A stretch of DNA of 27,136 bases, from the NCBI GenBank assembly GCA_043822305.1, contig JBDRBU010000070.1, positions 1 to 27,136 on the forward strand, read 5' to 3'. The notes under the pieces are model-generated. The model made no database searches. It was not told where the DNA came from and saw nothing but the letters and a program-made list of their open reading frames with translations. This document shows positions 1-8,305 of the stretch, piece by piece (the stretch's first letter is position 1; every line of letters starts with the position of its first letter). Both the position numbers and the translations under genes were made by a program. The stretch comes from Candidatus Firestoneibacteriota bacterium (GTDB lineage: Bacteria; Oederibacteriota; D2-FULL-39-29; JBDRBU01).

Positions 1-245
1 TTCTTTTAACCTTATCTTATTTGTTATCTCTTCTGCTATTTTAATTAATTCTTCTTTCGCTTGAACCAATGATTCTTGTCCTTGAATCTTATTATGAATT
101 AAAGAAACAATGTCTTTCCAATCTTTCTTTGCTACTTTAAAATATCTCTTTGTCTTGGTCCAGAAGAAGTTGAAAATGTTTCCACAAGTTTGTAGTATTT
201 GTAGAGCATATTGTTTTTCTTGATTTTTAATTCTCTGATATACAT
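1..245 (-). pseudogene. IS1634-family transposase N-terminus, frameshifted, running off the window start
   Basis: Manual translation from ATG 245 gives MYIRELKIKKNNMLYKYYKLVETFSTSSGPRQRDILK*. It resumes in another frame as KKDWKDIVSLIHNKIQGQESL. This matches the IS1634 N-terminal pattern (Y..LVE...T..GPRQR.IL.LG...W...I...GQ.SL). Not in the ORF track. Confidence 0.7.
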
Positions 246-251
246 ATTTTA

Positions 252-280
252 ATTTTACAACATTTTCAATATCTTGTCAA
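252..280 (-). promoter_or_regulatory. sigma70 promoter of the transposase relic
   Basis: TTGACA(280-275)-17 bp-TAAAAT(257-252), then 6 nt to ATG 245. Confidence 0.6.
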
Positions 281-435
281 GAGAAATCTTCTCTATTCAA
301 CACTTTTTTATCACTATTTTACAAATCTGAAATATAAATCCTTTAATTTTAATGGTTTTTTTTCAAAAAAGTATCCTGTTTTTGACTCTTTTAAACTAAA
401 ACTGCGGAAGTTGGGACGAGGATAAGTCGGCGAAA

Positions 436-458
436 CGCAGGCTAAAGCCTGCGGCTAC
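436..458 (-). repeat. GTAG-type REP-like hairpin, possibly terminating the leftward operon
   Basis: Minus strand reads GTAGC-CGCAGGCT-TT-AGCCTGCG: a GTAG foot followed by a perfect 8-bp GC-rich stem. Confidence 0.6.
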
Positions 459-488
459 CATTCTTTGGAGTAAACTAAATAAACATTT

Positions 489-1179
489 TTATCTTTTTAA
501 TCTATTTTGTATCTTGCTACTTGTTAATTCTCGGATAGCATCAAAAGCAATCCATTTTGCAATTTTTGAATCCATTTTTAATATTTTTTTTGCAGTTTCT
601 ATTGCCTTTTTATTCAGATTAACATTTCGTTTTCCAATTTGTCTCAATGCCCAATTAACTGCTTTTTTAACAAAATTTCTTTTGTCAGTTGAATATTTTT
701 TTATGTATGGAAAAAATTTCATCGGAAGAAAGTTTGTGATGATGCTGAAGAGCAAGGCAGGCCACAAGAGTAAATCCTGCGCGTCTTTCAAACTCCGGCT
801 CATTCTTTGTCCAGGCGATTGCTTTTTCAAAAGCAAATGAAGTTTTATCAAATAGGTTCAGACATACTTGATCGCAAACATCCCAGGAATCAAAATCCTT
901 TATCCATTGGTCTGCTTGTTTTTTGGTTACCAAATCAGATTTATCAATCATACTGGCGAGTATTCGTGCTTCATGAATTTTAGAATCCCAAAGTTTTTGG
1001 GCCAAAATATGATCTTTCCCGATTTCTTTGGCAAGTTTTCTTAAATTAGGAATAGAAACACCAAAAACATTTTTAGGATTAATTCCAAACCGAGCCATTC
1101 CTTCAATATTTTTAGGGTTGGATAAACTTTTAAGTTTTTTTAAAATATCATCACATTGTATTTTTGGATTTTTAATCAT
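489..1179 (-). pseudogene. DNA alkylation repair protein (AlkD-like HEAT-repeat glycosylase), split by a frameshift near 711-722
   Basis: ORF 685-1185 carries the N-terminal part (GMARFGI, GVSIPNLRKLAKEIG, DFDSWDVCDQVC, EFERRAG). ORF 489-851 carries the C-terminal part (DKRNFVKKAVNWALRQIGKRN). SD GAGGA favours ATG 1179. Confidence 0.8.
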
Positions 1180-1942
1180 TTTCATTCCTCAAAATCTTTT
1201 TCTGTTTATCGTTGCTCAACTTTTTCATTCCATCTTTAATTATCCATTTTGTATCCTTATTTGGATTTGCTTTAGCCCATCTCAGTAAAAATTTTACTAC
1301 TTCATCTGGATTTTTCTTTGTGATTTCTCTCAAAATCCATGATACCGCTTTCTTTATGTCTTTCTCATTATCTTCCATAACTGTATCAAGAATCTTGAAG
1401 ACTTTATCCGTAGTTTCAACCTTTTTATATCCTCGTAAACTTACTACTCCAAAACGTCTGATCCATTTATTTTTGTTCTTCATCCATTTTTCAGAGAGTG
1501 GCAAAATAAGTTCAGGATTGGAATACACTATCGGTTCTACTCCAAATATAGCCAGGTTATCGCAAACAGCCCAGTTATCAAGATCGAGCAAAACCGAAGA
1601 GATAAAATCTAAACAAATTTTTGGATTCTTTGATCCAAACTTCTCTAAACTTTTTCCTGCTATCTGTCTTGCTTCAAAGGAACTTTCATTCCAGATAGTT
1701 TTTAATAAAAGCCTCGCTCTTATTGGTTCTTTCTGGATAAATTTTTCTATCTCGGTATCTATTGCTCTCAAAATAGGAAAAGGAACTCCATAAAATTTCC
1801 CTGCCTCTGGAATGATCCTTTGGTAATTCTTTGTTGCCTTTTTATCCACATTGGATTTAAGGATTTCCTGTAATCCTTTTGTAAATTCCTTTGGCTTCTC
1901 TGCTTTTTCAAGCAGTTTCTTTATCCTTTCTTGGACTTGCAT
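1172..1942 (-). CDS. DNA alkylation repair family (AlkD-like, HEAT repeat) protein
   Basis: Motifs FYGVPFPILR, LDNWAVCDNLA, NKWIRRFGVV, IKKAVSWILRE. SD GAGGT upstream. Confidence 0.8.
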   Translation of the reverse strand: MQVQERIKKLLEKAEKPKEFTKGLQEILKSNVDKKATKNYQRIIPEAGKFYGVPFPILRAIDTEIEKFIQKEPIRARLLLKTIWNESSFEARQIAGKSLEKFGSKNPKICLDFISSVLLDLDNWAVCDNLAIFGVEPIVYSNPELILPLSEKWMKNKNKWIRRFGVVSLRGYKKVETTDKVFKILDTVMEDNEKDIKKAVSWILREITKKNPDEVVKFLLRWAKANPNKDTKWIIKDGMKKLSNDKQKKILRNEND

Positions 1943-1962
1943 TTTATTTACCTCGCTTCGTT

Positions 1963-3015
1963 TTATTTTAATTCCATTGAAAGATAATCAAATGCTTTTT
2001 CTTCCATATCGGCAATTTTGTTAAACTTTTCGCTGGCAATTTTTATTCTTTCTTTTATGTCTTTACTTGTTTCAGCATCTTTGAACAATAAACCAACTTC
2101 TGTAAACATTTGTCCCGACTCATAAATCATTTTAGATACCTTTTCTAATTCATTATTTCCGGTAATTTTCGTTGACTCTTTTAAGAAGCGCGAGTACATA
2201 TAACGAAAACACCCCCCACCTGTTCCACCTATTTCAATAAAGATGTATAGACCAAATAAATTCTTCCTTAACTCTTTATCTTTAAAAATATTTGGCCATT
2301 TCATTAGTTCTTTCGCCGTATGCCTCATTCCTTTTATTCCTATGTTTTTAATTGGCGGATTAAGTTGTAATTCGGCGGTTTGTTTTATTGCTGAATAAAT
2401 ATCTTCGGTTTTTGGATAATGATAATTTTTGAAATCAAATTCTAAATAGGTATTTCTGGGAGGAAACGGCTTATAGGTTGAACCTCTTGCTTTTCTAAGT
2501 TGGTCTAATGATATTGGATAATAAAAACCCTTCTTTAATCCGCTTGCCTTCGGATCCATATCCGAAGATAAAACATGATCCCTACCATCATAGCCACAAA
2601 TAACAAAAGAATGTCCTCCAAAATGGTAATCTTTAGGAAAATCAAACCAGGGAAGAAATCCCATGTCGCCATAAACCATTACTGGTTCTTTGTTTTGGAG
2701 TTTTTCAATAATAGCTGCTTCTGCCTTGTTTTCACTTGCAGTGGATTTAACTATAATTTTGACTCCAGTCCTTTTCTCAATATCCTGGAAAAAATTTTTA
2801 ATATTTCCTCTGCCGCCGATAAAAACAAATTCTGAAATCCCGATTTTTGGATTTCCTTTCATCCGCCAGTAAATAAATCCCATCCCCGCACCCAGACCCA
2901 AAAGCATATCTTCTGAAAGTGGATGTTTATTGAAATGAAATATTTTTGCCAATGAATTAGTCACGCAATGATAACCATCTAATGCAAGGCCATGGTTAAA
3001 AGGTTTGATTTCCAT
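1963..3015 (-). CDS. BtrH N-terminal / DUF4872 domain protein (papain-like fold, putative Cys-His hydrolase)
   Basis: Motifs HCVTNSL, SEDMLLGLGAGMGFIY, HFGGHSFVICGYD, and C-terminal EIGGTGGGCFRYMYSRFL typical of this family. Confidence 0.75.
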   Translation of the reverse strand: MEIKPFNHGLALDGYHCVTNSLAKIFHFNKHPLSEDMLLGLGAGMGFIYWRMKGNPKIGISEFVFIGGRGNIKNFFQDIEKRTGVKIIVKSTASENKAEAAIIEKLQNKEPVMVYGDMGFLPWFDFPKDYHFGGHSFVICGYDGRDHVLSSDMDPKASGLKKGFYYPISLDQLRKARGSTYKPFPPRNTYLEFDFKNYHYPKTEDIYSAIKQTAELQLNPPIKNIGIKGMRHTAKELMKWPNIFKDKELRKNLFGLYIFIEIGGTGGGCFRYMYSRFLKESTKITGNNELEKVSKMIYESGQMFTEVGLLFKDAETSKDIKERIKIASEKFNKIADMEEKAFDYLSMELK

Positions 3016-3016
3016 A

Positions 3017-3060
3017 TTTTTAATTCCCTCTTAATTTTAATTCCCCCTTAATAAAGGGGG
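3017..3060. repeat. Partial copy of the CCCCCTT-palindrome MITE
   Basis: ATTTTTAATTCCCTCTTAATTTTAATTCCCCCTTAATAAAGGGGG is nearly identical to the sequence starting near 12153. Confidence 0.75.
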
Positions 3061-3192
3061 ATATTAGATTTTGCCTTCCGCGTCTTCGGTAATTATTGCC
3101 GCTGTATCAACTTTTAGTTCTCTCGTCGCTTTCGGCAAGCCTTCCAAGGTTCTCAAAAAACTTAAAATTCACATTTTCCACCCTCATTGCAC

Positions 3193-3254
3193 CAGAATTT
3201 ATAAATTCTGTTACTTACACTAAACAATATATACCAAAACAACCAATTCGTCAA
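3193..3254 (-). promoter_or_regulatory. Leftward sigma70 promoter with a downstream perfect 18-bp operator-like palindrome
   Basis: TTGACG(3254-3249)-17 bp-TATATT(3231-3226). CAGAATTTATAAATTCTG lies at 3193-3210. Confidence 0.55.
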
Positions 3255-3298
3255 GCACTATTTCCATCTTCTAATTACTTTTTCTATTCCTTTTCACA

Positions 3299-3444
3299 CG
3301 CGTGATTAGGCCTAATCACGCGAATTTACCGCATGATTGTTTATTATGCTTGAATATTCAGGCATTATAATGTTTCCTGATGGATTGAAATCACGCGGTT
3401 TTATTACGCGTTTTTTACTATCTTCTATATAATTCGCGTGATTA
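3299..3444. repeat. Cluster of AATCACGCG inverted repeats and palindromes
   Basis: Perfect 24-bp palindrome 3299-3322. 14-bp inverted repeat 3313-3326 / 3431-3444. Further copies at 3389-3397 and 3403-3410. Confidence 0.7.
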
Positions 3445-3489
3445 TTCATTTACACTTTTGAACAACCCCGAATATTTCCAAATATTTCC

Positions 3490-3518
3490 TTGAATTATCT
3501 AAAAATTATCTTTATAAT
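3490..3518 (+). promoter_or_regulatory. sigma70 promoter, probably leaderless, for the FAH-M20-nadE operon
   Basis: TTGAAT-17 bp-TATAAT, then 6 nt to ATG 3525, with no SD. Confidence 0.65.
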
Positions 3519-3524
3519 ATTACT

Positions 3525-4442
3525 ATGAAAATAATCTCGTATAAAAGCAAGATAGAATCAAAACCAGGAATTATATTAAATGGGGAAGTTATAGATTTAG
3601 CCTTAGCGTTAAGATCATATTATTTAATTAGGTTTAAAAAAGACATCCTTACCTACAATAATATAGTAGATTATCTAAAAAACGGTTTGATTGATTTAGA
3701 TATATTAAAAAACTTACAGAAATGGGTAGTTAATTCTAATTTATTAAAAGATTGGATTGTAAAAGGGAAAGTAAAGTTATTGATACCTATAATTCCAGGA
3801 AAAATCATTACCTTAGGTAGAAATTTCGCATCACATGCAAAAGAACAAAATGCTCCTGTCCCAAAAGAACCAATTATTTTTGAAAAAGCAAATTCTTCAG
3901 TAATAGGGCCGGATGAAAATGTTGTTTATAAAAAATTTCTCGTTAAAATGGATCCAAAAAATGTAAGAATTGATCATGAAGTTGAATTAGCGGTTGTCAT
4001 CGGGAAACTGGCTTCAAATGTGAAAAAGAAAAATGCTTTTAACTATGTTTTTGGTTATACAATTTTAAACGATGTTACGGCAAGAAATGTGCAAAATATG
4101 GATTTTAAGGCATCACAACCCTGGTTCAGGTCTAAAAGTATTGATACATTCTGTCCAATAGGTCCCTGGATTGTTACAAAAGATGAAATAAAAAATCCAC
4201 ATAATTTGAATCTTGAATTAAGAGTTAATGGTAAAATCAGACAAAAGAATAATACTAAAACTATGATATTTAAAATACCTGAAATCATTGAGTATATAAC
4301 TACATATTTAACACTCATGCCTGGAGATATAATTTCAACAGGAACTCCTGAAGGAATCTCGCCTGTCTATCCAGGGGATATAATGGAAGCGAAAATAGAA
4401 AAAATAGGAGTTCTTAGAAACAAAGTAGTAAAGGAAAATTAA
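3525..4442 (+). CDS. Fumarylacetoacetate hydrolase family protein
   Basis: Motifs GRNFASHAKE, DHEVELAVVIG, ILNDVTAR, KSIDTFCPIGPWIVT, PGDIISTGTP. Confidence 0.93.
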   Translation: MKIISYKSKIESKPGIILNGEVIDLALALRSYYLIRFKKDILTYNNIVDYLKNGLIDLDILKNLQKWVVNSNLLKDWIVKGKVKLLIPIIPGKIITLGRNFASHAKEQNAPVPKEPIIFEKANSSVIGPDENVVYKKFLVKMDPKNVRIDHEVELAVVIGKLASNVKKKNAFNYVFGYTILNDVTARNVQNMDFKASQPWFRSKSIDTFCPIGPWIVTKDEIKNPHNLNLELRVNGKIRQKNNTKTMIFKIPEIIEYITTYLTLMPGDIISTGTPEGISPVYPGDIMEAKIEKIGVLRNKVVKEN

Positions 4443-4445
4443 TCA

Positions 4446-5540
4446 ATGGAAAAATACTGCATAAATTTACTTAAAAAATTAGTAAATATAGAAAGTGTAA
4501 GTGGTCATGAAAAGAAGATAATGGAATTTATTGAAAGAGAATTAAAATCTTTTGGATTTAGCCCAAAAAGAATTTATCTGGAAAAAGATAGATTTAATAT
4601 TCTTGCAAAAACAGGAAGTGGCTCACCTTCAATATGTTTAAATTCCCATGCTGATACAGTTAATCCTTTTGGAAAATCTATTCCAAAAGCAGTAGAGAAA
4701 AACAATAAAATCTATGGATTAGGTTCCTGTGATGATAAGGGTGGTCTCTCGGCTATATTAACCGTTGCAAAAGAAATTTCTAAAAATCCACCAAAAAGAG
4801 GTTCTTTAAACATTTTAATCTCTGTTGATGAAGAAACAGGTGGATTAGGAGTTGAAAAGGTAATAAAACAAGGATATAAGTTTGATTATGCTCTTGTCGG
4901 AGAGCCTTCGGACCTCGAAATTGTAAGAGCACATATGGGTATAATCTTTTTAAAATTAAAAACATATGGGGTTGCTACTCATGGTAGTATCCCTTGGGAT
5001 GGAATAAATGCTATTGAAAGACTTTTTAATCTTGTAACAAAAATTAAATCTTTCTTAAAAAAATATAAAAAACATAATTTACTTGGTCCATTTTCTATAA
5101 ACCTTGGGGTAATAAAAGGAGGAGACAGACCGAACAGGGTTCCAGATTACGGTGAAGGGTCAGTTGATATCAGAATCTTCCCTCCTTATAAATCAAAAGA
5201 TGTCTTAAATGAAATTAAAAACCTGATAAAAAAATTTAAAGATGCTGATTTTGAAATAATAAAACTACAAGAACCAATGGAAACAGAAAAAGATTCTAAA
5301 TTTATAAAAATCTTGAAAGAAGTAGTTTTTGAAGGGACGAAAAGAAAAGTAATAATATCCGGAAAAAGAGGATGGACAGAAGCATCTCATTTTAGAAATA
5401 TGCTGGGAATAGACACTATCGTCCTTGGCCCGGGAAGCATTAAAGAAGCACATTCTGCAAATGAGTTTGTGAGCACAAAAGAAGTAATAGATTGTTATAA
5501 AATTTACACTTCCATTGTGAGAAAAATGTTGTATATGTAG
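4446..5540 (+). CDS. M20 family metallohydrolase (ArgE/DapE-like)
   Basis: Motifs NSHADTV, GLGSCDDKGG, VDEETGG, GEPS, HGSIPWDGINAI, AHSANE. Confidence 0.92.
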   Translation: MEKYCINLLKKLVNIESVSGHEKKIMEFIERELKSFGFSPKRIYLEKDRFNILAKTGSGSPSICLNSHADTVNPFGKSIPKAVEKNNKIYGLGSCDDKGGLSAILTVAKEISKNPPKRGSLNILISVDEETGGLGVEKVIKQGYKFDYALVGEPSDLEIVRAHMGIIFLKLKTYGVATHGSIPWDGINAIERLFNLVTKIKSFLKKYKKHNLLGPFSINLGVIKGGDRPNRVPDYGEGSVDIRIFPPYKSKDVLNEIKNLIKKFKDADFEIIKLQEPMETEKDSKFIKILKEVVFEGTKRKVIISGKRGWTEASHFRNMLGIDTIVLGPGSIKEAHSANEFVSTKEVIDCYKIYTSIVRKMLYM

Positions 5541-5561
5541 CGTCCCATTTCATATGGGACG
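5537..5561 (+). repeat. GTAG-type REP-like hairpin overlapping the M20 stop codon
   Basis: GTAG-CGTCCCAT-TTCAT-ATGGGACG forms a perfect 8-bp stem. Confidence 0.5.
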
Positions 5562-5581
5562 ATGCAATGAGAAGGAGTATT

Positions 5582-7195
5582 ATGCGTATAGCCCTTGCTC
5601 AAATAAATCCAATAGTTGGTGATTTAAAAGGAAACTGCCTGAAGATAAAAGGAAATATTTCTAAATCAACAGAGATTAAAGCAGATATTGTTGTTTTTCC
5701 AGAGTTATCTATCACTGGATACCCACCCGAGGATTTACTACTAAAGTCAAATTTTATCAGAGATAATTTAAATGAACTAAAAGAAATAACAGTTTGGACA
5801 AAAGACATAACGGCTGTTGTTGGATTTGTAGATAAAGTTGGGAAAGATATATATAATTCAGCGGCAGTAATATCAGAAAGTAAAATTAAAGGCATATACC
5901 ATAAAATATATCTACCAAATTATGGCGTATTTGATGAACAAAGATATTTTAAGTCTGGAAATAACCCTTTTACATTTAATATAAAAGGGATTTCTTGTGG
6001 TATAATTATATGCGAGGATATCTGGCATGAAGATGGGCCTTTAAAATTAGAAGCATCAGCCGGTGCAAAGGTTTTATTTGTTTTAAACGCCTCACCGTAT
6101 CATGCCGGTAAAGTTCATGAAAGAGAAAAAGTAATACAAAAGCAAGCAAAGGAAAATAAAATTTTTATTGCTTATATAAATATGGTGGGTGGTCAGGATG
6201 AACTTATCTTTGATGGCGGTAGTATGATTGTTGATCCAAATGGAAAAATAATTTCTCAGAGTGAATGCTTTAAAGAAGATTTACTTTTCTATGATATCCC
6301 GTTAGGCGAAAAGGAAAATAAATTACCCTTACCCGAAAAAAAATTTGAAAAACTAAGTTTGGCTGAAGAGGTTTATAATGCTTTATTGCTTGGACTTAAA
6401 GATTATGTTAATAAAAATGACTTTAAAAAGGTTGTCGTTGCTTTAAGTGGTGGAATTGATTCATCTTTAGTAGGTACTTTAGCCGTTGATGCCCTTGGGA
6501 AAGAAAATGTAATTGGAGTTTTCATGCCTTCAAAATATTCTTCTATTGAATCAAGAGAAGATGCTGAAAAATTATCAAAAAACTTGGGGGTGAAACTATT
6601 AAATATCCCTATCCAAGAGATTTTTGAAACATATATAAAAAATTTAAATCCAGTTTTTTCTAATTTAAAAAAAGATATAACCGAAGAGAACCTGCAAGCA
6701 AGAATTCGCGGTAATATTATTATGGCTTTATCAAATAAATTCGGATGGCTTGTTTTAACCACAGGTAATAAGTCTGAGATGAGTACAGGATATGCTACAT
6801 TATATGGAGATATGGCCGGTGGATTTGCCGTGATTAAAGATGTCCCAAAAACTTTGGTTTATGAATTATGCAAATTTAAAAATACAAACAGTCAGATTAT
6901 CCCGGAAAGAATACTAACTAAAGTACCAACAGCAGAATTAAAACCCAATCAAAAAGATAGCGATACCTTACCCCCTTATCCGGAATTGGACCCTATATTA
7001 AAATATTATATTGAAGAAGATAAAGAAGCAAAAGAAATTATAAAATATGGATTTAACGAGAAAACAGTATATAAGGTATTAAAAATGGTGGATAAAAGCG
7101 AATACAAACGAAGGCAATCTCCCCCAGGTATAAAAATCACTCCCAAAGCATTTGGAAAAGATAGAAGAATCCCCATAACAAATAAATATAATTAA
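5582..7195 (+). CDS. nadE: Glutamine-dependent NAD+ synthetase
   Basis: Nitrilase domain (FPELSITGYPPEDLL, ICEDIW) plus synthetase domain (SGGIDS, ENLQARIRG, TGNKSE, GYATLYGD). SD GAAGGAG places the start at 5582. Confidence 0.96.
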   Translation: MRIALAQINPIVGDLKGNCLKIKGNISKSTEIKADIVVFPELSITGYPPEDLLLKSNFIRDNLNELKEITVWTKDITAVVGFVDKVGKDIYNSAAVISESKIKGIYHKIYLPNYGVFDEQRYFKSGNNPFTFNIKGISCGIIICEDIWHEDGPLKLEASAGAKVLFVLNASPYHAGKVHEREKVIQKQAKENKIFIAYINMVGGQDELIFDGGSMIVDPNGKIISQSECFKEDLLFYDIPLGEKENKLPLPEKKFEKLSLAEEVYNALLLGLKDYVNKNDFKKVVVALSGGIDSSLVGTLAVDALGKENVIGVFMPSKYSSIESREDAEKLSKNLGVKLLNIPIQEIFETYIKNLNPVFSNLKKDITEENLQARIRGNIIMALSNKFGWLVLTTGNKSEMSTGYATLYGDMAGGFAVIKDVPKTLVYELCKFKNTNSQIIPERILTKVPTAELKPNQKDSDTLPPYPELDPILKYYIEEDKEAKEIIKYGFNEKTVYKVLKMVDKSEYKRRQSPPGIKITPKAFGKDRRIPITNKYN

Positions 7196-7207
7196 AGGCA
7201 ATTAAAG

Positions 7208-7243
7208 GGGACAGCGACTTTTATGATAATTAGGGACAGCGAC
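7208..7243 (+). repeat. Two direct copies of GGGACAGCGAC
   Basis: Copies at 7208-7218 and 7233-7243, GC-rich in an AT-rich spacer. Confidence 0.6.
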
Positions 7244-7294
7244 CTATTTTTAGTAAATCCTTAAGAATAATTATTTTTTCTTCTTACTTTTAAC

Positions 7295-7518
7295 GTAAAT
7301 AGTCAGTGAAAGCCGTGAGGATTGTATTCCCCCTTTGTTAAGGGGGATCAAGGGGGTTGTTGTTATGAATGTTTATTATAATCCAAAATTGAAATTTTGT
7401 GTAAGAGGACTTAACCATAAAATATTATTTAGCAAACTGAAACTTGTAATTAAACAACCCCCTAACCCCCTTTATTAAGGGGGAATTAAAAAATAGAGGG
7501 CTTTCACTGAATACTTAC
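7295..7518 (+). mobile_element. MITE copy A (224 bp) carrying a palindrome-flanked DUF559-like remnant
   Basis: TIRs GTAAATAGTCAGTGAAAGCC and GGCTTTCACTGAATACTTAC (18/20). 8-bp target duplication CTTTTAAC at 7287-7294 and 7519-7526. Internal mini-ORF 7365-7478. Confidence 0.85.
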
Positions 7519-7521
7519 CTT

Positions 7522-8097
7522 TTAACTTCCTCCTCTCCTAATCTCATCCCAAATAGGTTTAAATCCATAATGGTCTGCGAAACTTTTATACAAACTCTGA
7601 TAGATTGGCTCATAAAAACTAGATCTTAACACAGCCGCCTTTAAATTGTCTATCTTTACATATTCTGGAACTCCACCAAAATAATTAAATGCATTAATAT
7701 GACATTCTATAAAAGTCTCTGCTCTCTGGTTATATACCTTTTCATAATAATCTTTTCTAGAATAACTTAATCTCATGTTAAATATCCATGTCTTTCTTCT
7801 TTTACCATTATTATCTAATGTGAGACCTACATAACCAAAATCAACTTGAGCCTCTTCTCCTGGCTTTGTGTGAATTCTAACAAAAATATCTTCTCTCTTT
7901 TTAATATCTGCTATATAATCTTTCACTGTAGAATGTCCAGTCTTTACCCCTAAACTTGTTAATTCTTCAAAAATACGTACCCCTGTTAAATCTTTTTCTA
8001 ACCATTCTAAAATTTTATTCCTATATGGATCCAGTTTTCTTGAATACGATTTCTCTACTAGACATTCTTTTCCTGCCTCTATCTCTTTACCTCCCAA
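7522..8097 (-). pseudogene. istA: IS21-family transposase IstA, internal fragment
   Basis: Motifs KLDPYR, TKPGEEAQVDFG, LSYSR, FGGVPEYVKIDNLKAAV, FADHYGF. The N-terminal HTH and the final catalytic Glu region are missing, and there is no istB. Confidence 0.88.
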
Positions 8098-8182
8098 TGT
8101 ATCTTACCAATTTACATCAGGATTATGGAATTATTTCCCTATGGAATTTCTTTCGGCTTTGAGGCTTGATAAAAAACCGCAC

Positions 8183-8285
8183 TAATTGGGAAACTCAGGA
8201 GTATTTCTGTTTCAAATTTACTAACAGTGCTTTCACTGCTGCCATTTTTCTGTAATGCTCGTTCGCCAAGAACTATCCTTAAAGG
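8183..8285 (-). pseudogene. IS1380-family transposase fragment abutting an IS-end-like sequence
   Basis: Manual translation gives PLRIVLGERALQKNGSSESTVSKFETEIL, resembling the IS1380 'DP.MR..VG.RA....AAS...M.RFETE.L' motif. CCTGAGTTTCCCAATTA at 8199-8183 resembles an IS end. Confidence 0.5.
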
Positions 8286-8305
8286 TAGTAAAATGGAATG
8301 TGCCC

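Larger units (their letters stand above)
1..415 (-). mobile_element. Left portion of an IS1634-like element, putative terminal repeat at 402-415
   Basis: CTGCGGAAGTTGGG (CCCAACTTCCGCAG on minus) lies upstream of the transposase and resembles IS1634-type ends as I recall them. The partner end is outside the window. Confidence 0.5.

Noticed and set aside
3096..3305. 69-aa plus-strand ORF
   Set aside because: It has a TTG start without SD and runs across the leftward promoter and operator.
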